Origin: Pseudomonadota bacterium
GTDB lineage: Bacteria; Desulfobacterota; Desulfarculia; Desulfarculales; Desulfarculaceae
DNA length: 64,000 nucleotides
Direction: 5' to 3'
NCBI GenBank assembly: GCA_018819925.1
Contig: JAHJPG010000096.1
Location: 207 to 64,206 of the forward strand
Position 1 is the first letter of the stretch; each line of letters starts with the position of its first letter. This document shows, in pieces, positions 1 to 8,301 of this stretch. The position numbers and the translations under genes were made by a program. A model generated the notes under the pieces. That model searched no databases, was not told the origin of the DNA, and saw only the letters and a list, made by a program, of their open reading frames with translations.

Positions 1-1
1 C

Positions 2-655
2 CACGGCAAGAGCGACGCGCCCCAGGTGGCCTACACCCAGGAGCTTTTGGCCCGGTCGGTGCTGGCGGTGATGGACCAGGCCAAGGTGAAGGATGCGGTG
101 CTCATGGGCCACAGCATGGGCGCGGCGGTGGCCCGGCGGGTGGCCCTGGAGCATCCCACGCGGGTGCGGGCCCTGGTGTCCATGGACGGGGCCTTAGCAC
201 GTCCCCCTCAGGACCAGGCTGGCCGGGAAAAGTGGCTCGCGCAAGCGGCCGGCTTTGCGGCCCAATTTCAGGGTCCGGACGGACAGCAGAAGGTGGGGCC
301 GTTTTTTGACGCCGCACAGGCCGCGACCACACCGCAGGCCCTGCGGGAGTGGGTGAAGGCCCAAGCCCTGGCTACACCCTGGCATGTGGGCCGTAGCTCC
401 ATGGCCGAGTTCGTCAGACCCGAGAACTGGGATATGCAACCGTCCAAGGTGCCCGCGTTGGCTATCTGCGCCCAGGGCCCGCATGCGCTGCCGGGTTACG
501 ATAAACAGTTGCGCATCCTGTTTCCCAACCTGAGCTACCACACCGTCAGCGGGGTGGGGCACTTCCTCATGCTGGAGAAGCCGGATAAGATCAACGCCCT
601 GCTGCTGGAGTTCGTGGACGGCAAGGCGGTGCGGGGAAGTAAGGTGGGTAAGTAG
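2..655 (+). CDS. alpha/beta-fold hydrolase (5' partial, runs off window start)
   Basis: Frame open to position 2 (HGKSDAP...); nucleophile elbow GHSMG; C-terminal GVGHFLMLEKP catalytic His motif. Confidence 0.85.
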   Translation, partial: HGKSDAPQVAYTQELLARSVLAVMDQAKVKDAVLMGHSMGAAVARRVALEHPTRVRALVSMDGALARPPQDQAGREKWLAQAAGFAAQFQGPDGQQKVGPFFDAAQAATTPQALREWVKAQALATPWHVGRSSMAEFVRPENWDMQPSKVPALAICAQGPHALPGYDKQLRILFPNLSYHTVSGVGHFLMLEKPDKINALLLEFVDGKAVRGSKVGK

Positions 656-680
656 AGGGAATTGGTTTCCGAGCCATAAT

Positions 681-712
681 GTAGGTTGGGTAGAGCGTAG
701 CGAAACCCAACA
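681..712 (+). repeat. GTAG-type REP-like palindrome
   Basis: GTAGGTTGGGTAGAGCGTAGCGAAACCCAACA: GTAG tetranucleotide followed by GTTGGG...CCCAAC stem, intergenic; matches the general form of GTAG-family REP sequences. Confidence 0.7.
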
Positions 713-735
713 AACCACATTTTGATAGAGTAACT

Positions 736-2595
736 TTGTCCACGACTCAAACCACAGACAAGCCCCGTGGCGCCGAGGTCATAAAACAGGCCCTGGCCCA
801 CGTGCCCCTGAACCCAGGCGTGTATCTCATGAAAGACGCCAGGGGCCGCATCATCTATGTGGGCAAGGCCAAGCACCTCAAGAACCGCCTGACCTCCTAC
901 ACCCGCCCTGTCTCCGGCCCCACCTGGTACGCCAACAAGGTGGCCGCCATGGTGGGGCAGGTGGCCTCGGTGGAGTTCGTGATAACCGCCAGCGAGAAGG
1001 AAGCCCTTCTGCTGGAAAACACCCTGATCAAAAAGCACCGGCCCCGCTACAACGCCGACCTGCGCGACGACAAGTCCTACCCATATTTTCGCCTGAGCCT
1101 GGAGCACGACTTCCCCCGTTTGTCCCTGGTGCGGCGGCCAAAGCTCAACGACGGGGCGCAATATTACGGGCCCTTTGGCAGCGCGGGAGCGGCGCGGCAG
1201 ACCATGTACCTGCTCCAGCGCATCTTTCCCCTGCGCCGCTGCTCGGACCACACCCTGCGCAACCGGGCCCGGCCCTGCCTGGACTATGAGACCGGCCGCT
1301 GCCCAGCCCCCTGCGCGGGCAAGATAAGCCCCCAGGACTACGCCCTGCTGGTCAAGCAGATGCAGGCCTTTTTCGCGGGCCAGGGCGAGGATCTGGCCCG
1401 GCGGCTGCAAGGGGAGATGGAGCGGGCGGCCGCAGAGGAGCGCTTCGAGGAGGCGGCCCTGCTGCGCGACCGCTGGCAGGCCCTGACCCGCACCTTGGAG
1501 CGCCAGCGGGTTTCGGCCCCCCAGGAGGAGGACATCGACGCGGTGGCCCTGCACCAGGCCGAAGACGGCATGCGCCTGGCCCAGGTTCGGGTGCGCGGCG
1601 GCCAGGTGGTGGGTGGCCGGGTGCATGATCTGAGCCGGGCGGCCCAGGAGCCGGGCGAAACCATGGCCCAGGCTCTCTTGGCCCTGTACGAGCATCACCA
1701 GCCACCGCCCTTGGTGTTGGTCTCCCAGATGCCCCAAGACCCCTCCCTGGTGGCCGAGGTGCTGGGCGAGAAGGCCGGGCGCAAGGTGGAGCTGCGCCTG
1801 CCCCAACGGGGCGAGAAGCGCAAGCTCATGGAAATGGCCCAACTCAACGCGGCCCAGCCCCGCCACGAGGGCCCCGGCCCCGGGGCGGCCCTGGATCGCC
1901 TGGCCAAAAAGTTGGGCCTGGCCGAGCCGCCCCAGACCATGGAGTGCCTGGACATCTCCCACCTGGGGGGCAGCCTCACCGTGGCCGGGCTTTCGGCCAT
2001 GCGCGAGGGGGGCGCGGACAAAAACGCCTACCGCCGCTACAAGGTGTTGGGCGGCGAGGGCGGGGGCGACGACTACGCGGCCCTGGCCCATGTCTTGGCC
2101 CGCCGCCTGAGTGGAGACGACCCGCCGCCGGATTTGCTGATCGTGGACGGCGGCAAGGGGCAATTGGCCATGGCCGTGCGGGCCCTGGCCCAGGCCGCTC
2201 CGGAGCACGCCCCGGCCCTGGCCTCCATCGCCAAGGGGCGGGCCCCCGGCGAGCCGGACCGCATCTATCTGCCCCAGCGCAAAAATCCGGTGAAACTGGG
2301 GCCCGGCGACCCGGCTTTGCTGCTGATCATGCGTTTAAGGGACGAGGCCCACCGTTTCGCGGTGAGCTACCACCGTTTACTGCGTAAGAAGGCCCTGACC
2401 CGTTCTATACTGGAGGAAGCGCCGGGCATAGGCCCCAAGAAACGCGCACGCCTGCTCAAGGCCTTCGGCTCCCTGGCGGCGGTTAAGAAGGCTGGCGCGC
2501 AAGAGCTGAGGGAGCGGGGAGGGCTGGACGAGGCCACGGCCCAGGGCCTGGCCTCCTTTTTGGCCGCCCTTGACACTGAACAGCCCCCAAAGTAG
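736..2595 (+). CDS. uvrC: excinuclease ABC subunit C
   Basis: N-terminal GIY-YIG (PGVYLMKD..IIYVGKAKHLKNRL, EALLLENTLIKKHRPRYN), UVR domain, RNase H-like DISH..DLLIVDGGKGQL, RDEAHRFA, C-terminal HhH (GIGPKKRARLL). Confidence 0.97.
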   Translation: MSTTQTTDKPRGAEVIKQALAHVPLNPGVYLMKDARGRIIYVGKAKHLKNRLTSYTRPVSGPTWYANKVAAMVGQVASVEFVITASEKEALLLENTLIKKHRPRYNADLRDDKSYPYFRLSLEHDFPRLSLVRRPKLNDGAQYYGPFGSAGAARQTMYLLQRIFPLRRCSDHTLRNRARPCLDYETGRCPAPCAGKISPQDYALLVKQMQAFFAGQGEDLARRLQGEMERAAAEERFEEAALLRDRWQALTRTLERQRVSAPQEEDIDAVALHQAEDGMRLAQVRVRGGQVVGGRVHDLSRAAQEPGETMAQALLALYEHHQPPPLVLVSQMPQDPSLVAEVLGEKAGRKVELRLPQRGEKRKLMEMAQLNAAQPRHEGPGPGAALDRLAKKLGLAEPPQTMECLDISHLGGSLTVAGLSAMREGGADKNAYRRYKVLGGEGGGDDYAALAHVLARRLSGDDPPPDLLIVDGGKGQLAMAVRALAQAAPEHAPALASIAKGRAPGEPDRIYLPQRKNPVKLGPGDPALLLIMRLRDEAHRFAVSYHRLLRKKALTRSILEEAPGIGPKKRARLLKAFGSLAAVKKAGAQELRERGGLDEATAQGLASFLAALDTEQPPK

Positions 2596-2622
2596 ACTTC
2601 GGCAGAATTATAGGAGGGTTGC

Positions 2623-3084
2623 ATGTTCGGCATCGGCATGCCCGAGCTTTTAATAATTTTGGTGGTCGCGCTGATCGTGGTGGGCCCCAAAAAGCTGCCG
2701 GATATGGCCAAGGGCCTGGGCAAGGGCCTCAGCCAATTCCGCAAGGCTGCCGACGAGATCAAGGATGAGTTCGCCGACAACGAAACCTACCAAGACCTCA
2801 AAGGGCTGAACAAATCCTTCCGCGACACCCTGGACGAGGTGAACCCCCGCAAGCTGCTGGATGAAGTCAATCCTCTGGTGGAGGCCAAGGAGCCCACCCT
2901 GGACCTTTCGGGCCGAGAAGCCCTGATGCAGGAGATCAAGCAGCAGAGCGACAAGCCCCAGGAGCAGGCCACCGTGGAAGTGGCCCAGCCCGAGGCCGAG
3001 CCGGCGCACAGCGAAACGGCGCCGGCCGAAAAAGCCAAACCCGCCCCCCCGGCCAGCACCGACCAAAGCCGCAAAGAATCCTAG
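2623..3084 (+). CDS. tatB: twin-arginine translocase TatA/TatB family subunit (TatB-like)
   Basis: MFGIGMPELLIILVVALIVVGPKKLP N-terminus, long polar C-tail, directly upstream of tatC. Confidence 0.88.
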   Translation: MFGIGMPELLIILVVALIVVGPKKLPDMAKGLGKGLSQFRKAADEIKDEFADNETYQDLKGLNKSFRDTLDEVNPRKLLDEVNPLVEAKEPTLDLSGREALMQEIKQQSDKPQEQATVEVAQPEAEPAHSETAPAEKAKPAPPASTDQSRKES

Positions 3085-3927
3085 ATGTCCGAACAGGAAA
3101 AGACCCCAAAAGCCGCGCTGCCGGAGCCGGAAGAAGATCGCCAGGAGCATCCCGGGGAGGATGAAGAATCGCGCATGCCCTTCCTGTCCCATCTGGAGGA
3201 GTTGCGCTCGCGCCTGGTGCGCTCGGCCATCGCGGTGGGGGTCTGCTTTTTGGTCACCTACCTGTTCAAGGAAGAGCTGTACCAGGGCCTGGCTCAGCCC
3301 CTCAAGGCGGTGATGCCCCCGGAAGCCAAGCTGATCTACACCGCCCCGGCCGAAGCCTTTTTCACCTACTTGAAGATCGCCCTGCTGGCGGCCATCGTGG
3401 CGGCCTCGCCGATCATCTTCTACCAGTTCTGGCGTTTCATAGCCCCGGGGCTTTACGACCACGAGCGCAAGGCGGTTTGGCCCTTCGTGCTGGTCTCCTC
3501 GGTGTTGTTCATCGCGGGCGCGGTGTTCTGCTACGTGATGGTTTTCCCCTACGCCTTCCAGTTTTTCATGAGCTTCGCCACCGACGACATTGTGCCCATG
3601 CTCAGTTTGAAGTCCTATTTGAGCTTCAGCGCCACCTTGCTCTTCGCCTTTGGGATAATCTTCGAGATGCCCCTGGTGCTGGTGTTTTTGGGCCGCATCG
3701 GGGTGGTCAGCTCCAAGGGGCTCAAGAAGAACCGCAAGTACGCCATCCTGATCATGTTCGTGGCCGGGGCCATGTTGACCCCGCCCGACGTGGTGACCCA
3801 GGTCATGATGGCCGTGCCCTTGATCATCCTCTATGAGATTTCCCTCTGGATGGTCGTGGCCACGGAAAAGAAAAAGGCCGAGCGCAAGGCGGCCGATGAA
3901 GCCGAGTTCGCCGACAGCGAGGAATAG
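3085..3927 (+). CDS. tatC: twin-arginine translocase subunit TatC
   Basis: MPFLSHLEELRSRL, PAEAFFTYLKI, FIAPGLYDHER, FGIIFEMP, TPPDVVTQVMMAVPLIILYE motifs; six hydrophobic segments. Confidence 0.97.
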   Translation: MSEQEKTPKAALPEPEEDRQEHPGEDEESRMPFLSHLEELRSRLVRSAIAVGVCFLVTYLFKEELYQGLAQPLKAVMPPEAKLIYTAPAEAFFTYLKIALLAAIVAASPIIFYQFWRFIAPGLYDHERKAVWPFVLVSSVLFIAGAVFCYVMVFPYAFQFFMSFATDDIVPMLSLKSYLSFSATLLFAFGIIFEMPLVLVFLGRIGVVSSKGLKKNRKYAILIMFVAGAMLTPPDVVTQVMMAVPLIILYEISLWMVVATEKKKAERKAADEAEFADSEE

Positions 3928-3938
3928 CCCTCCCGTCC

Positions 3939-3967
3939 TTGACCCGCTTTCGGGCCAGTCTTAGTAT
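3939..3967 (+). promoter_or_regulatory. sigma70-like promoter
   Basis: TTGACC-17bp-TAGTAT upstream of the 4007 ORF. Confidence 0.6.
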
Positions 3968-4006
3968 TCTAATAGGCAATAGATTTCCAAAGGGTGAGGT
4001 GGTGTT

Positions 4007-4621
4007 ATGCCCGCTACGGCGTGGCTGGCCCTGTTGGCGGTTCTGTGTTTCAGCCTTCCGGCGGCGGCCCAAACCGAGATCAAGACCTTTGAGGGCGTGA
4101 AACTCAGCCCTTACCACCGGGACTACGACAACTCCATCCGCGGCCCTCAAAAGGTGGAGAGCGCCTCCTACCGCCTCAAGGTGGACGGCTTGGTGGAAAA
4201 GCCCCTCAGCCTGAGCTACCAGCAGGTGTTGGCCTTGCCTTCGATCCGGGAGGTGGTCAAGATGCCCTGCGTGGAGGGCTGGACCGAGACCCTGCTCTAC
4301 CAGGGGGTGCGCCTGCGCGAGTTGTTGGCTCTGGCGGGGCCCAAGGCCCAGGCCACCTGGGTCATGTTCCACAGCGCCGAAGGCTACTCCACCGGCCTGC
4401 CCCTAAAGCGCCTGCTGGGGGACAAGGTGATGTTGGGGTATAAAATCAATGGCTTGCCCTTGGACGCCGCTCGCGGGTGGCCCTTCCAGTTGGTGGCGCC
4501 GGGCAAGCTGGGCTACAAATGGGCCAAGTGGCTCGTGCGCCTGGAACTCACCGCCGAGCCCCAAAAGGGCTACTGGGAAAAAAGGGGCTATTCCAACACC
4601 GCCGACGCGGCCGGGCGATAG
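4007..4621 (+). CDS. molybdopterin-dependent oxidoreductase domain protein (sulfite oxidase/MsrP-like Mo-binding domain)
   Basis: YRLKVDGLV, MPCVEGW (Mo-ligand Cys), GWPFQLVAPGKLGYKWAKWLVRLE; N-terminal hydrophobic signal ending AAAQ. Confidence 0.85.
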   Translation: MPATAWLALLAVLCFSLPAAAQTEIKTFEGVKLSPYHRDYDNSIRGPQKVESASYRLKVDGLVEKPLSLSYQQVLALPSIREVVKMPCVEGWTETLLYQGVRLRELLALAGPKAQATWVMFHSAEGYSTGLPLKRLLGDKVMLGYKINGLPLDAARGWPFQLVAPGKLGYKWAKWLVRLELTAEPQKGYWEKRGYSNTADAAGR

Positions 4622-4643
4622 GCCTGATATCGCCATAGAGGTT

Positions 4644-4837
4644 GTGCGTCCGGCTGCGCTCGGTCCTCGACGTAGCCCGTCAGCTACGCCTGCGTCCCTC
4701 GCTCGCCCCAGCGCGCCGCTGGGGGCAAAGCGCGTCGAGCAACAGGTTGCTTTCACCCACCTCGACTGCTCCCGGTGAAACTTGTTTGGGAGCCCAGGCC
4801 TTGGGCCGCCTTGTCTGCCGGCGGCTGGCTGTGCCGG
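4644..4837. repeat. degenerate copy of the palindromic MITE-like element core
   Basis: Shares blocks GTGCGTCCGGCTGCGC, CCTCGACGTAGC-loop-GCTACGCC and CCGCCTTGTCTGCCGGCGGCTGGCTGTGCCGG with the 18109 and 61424 elements; lacks their TIRs. Confidence 0.75.
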
Positions 4838-4956
4838 TTTTGCTTCCAAACCTCATTTAATTGTTTTTCCATAAAAATAGCATAGATACTAATGCACCGT
4901 TCGTTGGCTTCCGGCCTTAGGTGGAAAATTATGGTTGGGCCCACCGTTTTTTGCCC

Positions 4957-4984
4957 TTGACAAAAAACGGTCAGGGGCGATACT
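4957..4984 (+). promoter_or_regulatory. sigma70-like promoter of trp leader/trpE operon
   Basis: TTGACA-16bp-GATACT; -35 overlapped by an 11-bp inverted repeat. Confidence 0.6.
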
Positions 4985-5011
4985 GACACCATCAAGGGAG
5001 TTGTATACGAA

Positions 5012-5152
5012 ATGCAAAAAGTCCTAACCAACCCGGCCGACATGAGCGCCCGCCAAATGGCGAAAGGCGCTTTCGCACCGGTGTTTGGTGGCTGGCTTTA
5101 TTGGTGGCGTTCACCCATGACGGTGCGCTCCGCCGGGGAGAAGCCAACCTAG
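5012..5152 (+). CDS. trpL: Trp-rich leader peptide (46 aa, ...GAFAPVFGGWLYWWRSP...)
   Basis: AAGGGAG RBS then ATG at 5012, TAG at 5150-5152; W-L-Y-W-W-R; followed by an intrinsic terminator and trpE. Confidence 0.85.
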   Translation: MQKVLTNPADMSARQMAKGAFAPVFGGWLYWWRSPMTVRSAGEKPT

Positions 5153-5181
5153 GCCTTTAAACTCCCAAGCCAGACAGCGAG

Positions 5182-5214
5182 CCCACCGTCAAAGTGACGG
5201 TGGGTTTTTCTTTT
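5182..5214 (+). terminator. attenuator terminator before trpE
   Basis: CCCACCGTCA-AAG-TGACGGTGGG followed by TTTTTCTTTT; the 5' arm can alternatively pair with TGACGGTG at 5118-5125. Confidence 0.9.
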
Positions 5215-5230
5215 GCCGCGAAGGATAATA

Positions 5231-6619
5231 ATGGGAAGCTTGCAAGCCTACACCAAGGAGCTTTTGGCCGACGCCTACACCCCGGTATCAGCCTATGTGA
5301 AGCTGTGCCAAGGGGAGGGAACCTCCTTCTTGTTCGAGAGCGGGGAGGGAGTGGACAGCGTGGGCCGCTACTCCATCGTGGCCTGGGAGCCCATAAGCTC
5401 CCTGCGCCTGGAGCACGGCCAGACCCTGGTGGAGCACGACGGCCGGGAGCAACAGCGCCCGGAGAACGAGTTTTTCGACGCCGCCCAGGAGGTTGGCGAA
5501 TCCTTGACCGTCCAGGAGCTGCCCCCGCTGCCCTTTGTGGGCTCCTTGATGGGCTACGTGGGCTACGAGGCGGTGCGGCTCATGGAGCGCCTGCCTCCGG
5601 GCCCGGTTCATCACCTGCCCGTGGCTTGGCTTTGCTTCCCGGCTTGCTTCGTGGTGTTCGACCATCTGCACCGCAGGCTGACCCTGGTGGCCCTGGCCCA
5701 GGGGGAGGAGGGGGGCCGGGCCAAGCTGGCCGAGATGGTGGATCGGCTGCACCGCCCCGTGCGCCTGGTGTCGCCTCCGGGCACCTTCGAGGTGGTGCCT
5801 CCTCCCCGGGAGCCTTTCCTGGCGGCGGTGGAGCGGGCCAAGGAATACATCATGGCCGGCGACATCTTTCAGGTGGTGCCATCGGCCCGCTTCACCGGCT
5901 CCACCGACATCGATCCCCTGGCGGTGTACCGTTGGCTGCGGGTCAAGAGCCCCTCGCCCTACATGTTTTTCCTGCGCTTCCCGGGATTTTCCCTGGCCGG
6001 CTCCTCGCCCGAGACCCTGGTGAAGGTCAAGGACGGCATGGTGTACCTGAGGCCCATCGCCGGCACCAAGGGCCGCTCGGCCGACCCGGAAGAAGACCTG
6101 GCCCTGGAGCGGGAGATGATGGATTCGGCCAAGGAGCGGGCCGAGCACATCATGCTGGTGGACTTGGCCCGCAACGACGCCGGCCGGGTGAGCCGCTACG
6201 GCACGGTGCAGGTTTCGCCCTACATGACCGTGGAGCGCTACAGCCACGTGATGCACATCGTCTCCCAGGTGAACGGCCAGGTGGCCCCCGAGGTTTCGGT
6301 GTGGGACGCTTTCAAGGCCTGCTTCCCGGCGGGCACCCTTTCCGGCGCGCCCAAGGTCAGGGCCATGGAGATCATCAACGAGCTGGAGGGAGTGGCCCGG
6401 GGCCCCTACGGCGGGGCGGTGGGTTGCTTTGGGCCGGGGCAATACATGGACACCTGCATCGCCATCCGCATGATCCAGTTCGACCAGGGGCGTTTCACCC
6501 TGCAAGCCGGGGCGGGCATAGTGGCCGACAGCGACCCCCAGATGGAATACGAGGAAATCTGCCACAAGGCCGCGCAGGGCCTGGCCGCCCTGAAGCTGGC
6601 CTCGGAGGGTTTGGCATGA
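5231..6619 (+). CDS. trpE: anthranilate synthase component I
   Basis: LLADAYTPVSAY, FLFESGEG..GRYS, IMAGDIFQVV, SPSPYMF, GSSPETL, PIAGTKGR, KERAEHIMLVDLARND, FPAGTLSGAPKVRAMEII; start taken at ATG 5231 after AAGGA. Confidence 0.96.
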   Translation: MGSLQAYTKELLADAYTPVSAYVKLCQGEGTSFLFESGEGVDSVGRYSIVAWEPISSLRLEHGQTLVEHDGREQQRPENEFFDAAQEVGESLTVQELPPLPFVGSLMGYVGYEAVRLMERLPPGPVHHLPVAWLCFPACFVVFDHLHRRLTLVALAQGEEGGRAKLAEMVDRLHRPVRLVSPPGTFEVVPPPREPFLAAVERAKEYIMAGDIFQVVPSARFTGSTDIDPLAVYRWLRVKSPSPYMFFLRFPGFSLAGSSPETLVKVKDGMVYLRPIAGTKGRSADPEEDLALEREMMDSAKERAEHIMLVDLARNDAGRVSRYGTVQVSPYMTVERYSHVMHIVSQVNGQVAPEVSVWDAFKACFPAGTLSGAPKVRAMEIINELEGVARGPYGGAVGCFGPGQYMDTCIAIRMIQFDQGRFTLQAGAGIVADSDPQMEYEEICHKAAQGLAALKLASEGLA

Positions 6620-7248
6620 TCTTGGTAATCGACAACTACGACTCCTTCACCTATAACATCGTCCAAGCCCTGGGCAGCCTGGGGTGCGAACTAACGGTGT
6701 TGCGCAACGACGCGGTTCAGGTGGAGGCCATAGAGGAGCTGGAACCCGAGGCCATGGTCATATCCCCGGGCCCCGGTCGGCCCGAGGACTCGGGCATAAC
6801 CTGCGCGGCCATCGAGCGCTACGCCGGGAGTTTCCCCATCCTGGGGGTGTGCCTGGGCCATCAGGCCATCGCCCAGGTGTTCGGGGCCCAGGTGGTGCGC
6901 TCAAATAAGCCCATGCACGGCAAGGTGAGCGAGGTGTTCCACGACGGCAAGGGGCTGTTCAAGGGCCTGCGCAACCCCTTCGTGGCCTGCCGCTACCACT
7001 CCCTGGTGGTGCCCGAGGCCAGCGTCAGCGCCCCCCTGATGATATCGGCCTACACCATGGAGGGCGAGGTCATGGGCCTCAGGCACCGGACCTTGCCGGT
7101 GGAGGGGGTGCAGTTCCACCCCGAATCCATCGCCACCGCCCAGGGCATGACCCTGTTCCAGAACTTTTTGCGCCAGCATCTGGGCGAGGCTCCCGTCAAC
7201 GGCCGGTCCGTCCGCGAGCCGGCCCAGGCTTCGCCGCCGCGGGCATAA
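6616..7248 (+). CDS. trpG: anthranilate synthase component II (glutamine amidotransferase)
   Basis: MILVIDNYDSFTYN, ISPGPGRP, ILGVCLGHQ, RYHSL, GVQFHPES; ATGA overlap with trpE stop. Confidence 0.96.
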   Translation: MILVIDNYDSFTYNIVQALGSLGCELTVLRNDAVQVEAIEELEPEAMVISPGPGRPEDSGITCAAIERYAGSFPILGVCLGHQAIAQVFGAQVVRSNKPMHGKVSEVFHDGKGLFKGLRNPFVACRYHSLVVPEASVSAPLMISAYTMEGEVMGLRHRTLPVEGVQFHPESIATAQGMTLFQNFLRQHLGEAPVNGRSVREPAQASPPRA

Positions 7249-7260
7249 AGGAGAAACACC

Positions 7261-8301
7261 ATGGTCATCACCATGCAGCCGGGCTGCCCCAAGGGCGACG
7301 TGGCCCGGGTTATATCGGCCCTGCGCCGGGCCGGCCTGGAACCGCGCATCATCTCCTCGGACCCCCGGGTGGTCCTGGGAGTGGTGGAGGAGATCAGCCC
7401 GGCCGAGGCCGAGCGCCTGACCCAGGATGTGGGTGGCTTGGACGGGGTGGAGGAAATCACCAGTTTCGAGAAATCCTGGAAGCTGGTGTCCAAGAGCTTC
7501 AAGGCCGAAACAACCCAGGTGCAGTTGGGCTCCTTGAGCGTGGGGGGGCCGGAGGTGCTGGCGGCCGCCGGGCCCTGCGCGGTGGAGAGCCGGGAAAACT
7601 TTTTGGAAACCGCCCTCCTGCTGCACCAGGCCGGGGCCGGGGCGCTCCGGGGCGGGGCCTTCAAACCCCGCACCAGCCCATACTCCTTCCGGGGCATGGG
7701 CGAGGAGGGGCTCAAGATCATGGCCGAGGCCAGGGAGATCACCGGCCTGCCCATCATCACCGAGGTGCTCACCGCCTCGGAGGTGGATATGGTGGCCCGC
7801 TACGCCGACGTGTTGCAGATCGGCACCCGCAACATGCAGAACTTCGCCCTGTTGGAGGCGGTGGGCGAAACCGACCGTCCGGTCCTGCTCAAACGGGGCA
7901 TGATGGCCAGCATCAAGGAGCTGCTGCTCTCGGCCGAGTACATCGTGGCCCGGGGCAACTGGCAGGTGATGCTCTGCGAACGGGGCATCCGCACCTTTGA
8001 GACCGAGACCCGCAACACCCTGGACCTCAGCGCGGTGCCGCTACTCAAGCAATACACCCATTTGCCGGTGGTGGTGGACCCCAGCCACGCGGCGGGCAAG
8101 CGCGAATTAGTGCCGGCCCTGGCCCTGGCCGCGGTGGCCGCCGGGGCGGACGGCATCCTGGTGGAGGTGCACCCCCGCCCAGAGGAGGCCCTGAGCGACG
8201 GCCGCCAGAGCCTGAGGCCCGGGCAGTTCACTGACATGATGGCCGGCTTGCGGCGGGTGGCGGCGGCGGTGGGCCGCCAGTTGCGGGAGGCCGGGGCATG
8301 A
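7261..8301 (+). CDS. aroF: DAHP synthase type I-beta with N-terminal ferredoxin-like/ACT regulatory domain
   Basis: [55 protein letters not shown]; about 70-aa N-terminal extension MVITMQPG... Confidence 0.93.
   Translation: MVITMQPGCPKGDVARVISALRRAGLEPRIISSDPRVVLGVVEEISPAEAERLTQDVGGLDGVEEITSFEKSWKLVSKSFKAETTQVQLGSLSVGGPEVLAAAGPCAVESRENFLETALLLHQAGAGALRGGAFKPRTSPYSFRGMGEEGLKIMAEAREITGLPIITEVLTASEVDMVARYADVLQIGTRNMQNFALLEAVGETDRPVLLKRGMMASIKELLLSAEYIVARGNWQVMLCERGIRTFETETRNTLDLSAVPLLKQYTHLPVVVDPSHAAGKRELVPALALAAVAAGADGILVEVHPRPEEALSDGRQSLRPGQFTDMMAGLRRVAAAVGRQLREAGA

Noticed and set aside
3943-3956. 14-bp CCCGCTTTCGGGCC shared with 21860-21873
   Set aside because: Short GC-rich match likely by chance in 64 kb; different positions relative to promoters
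5194-7248. 684-aa ORF appearing to be a fusion ending in TrpG
   Set aside because: The upstream part is an out-of-frame shadow of trpE with Pro/Gly/Arg-rich composition; the real trpG starts at 6616 with an ATGA overlap
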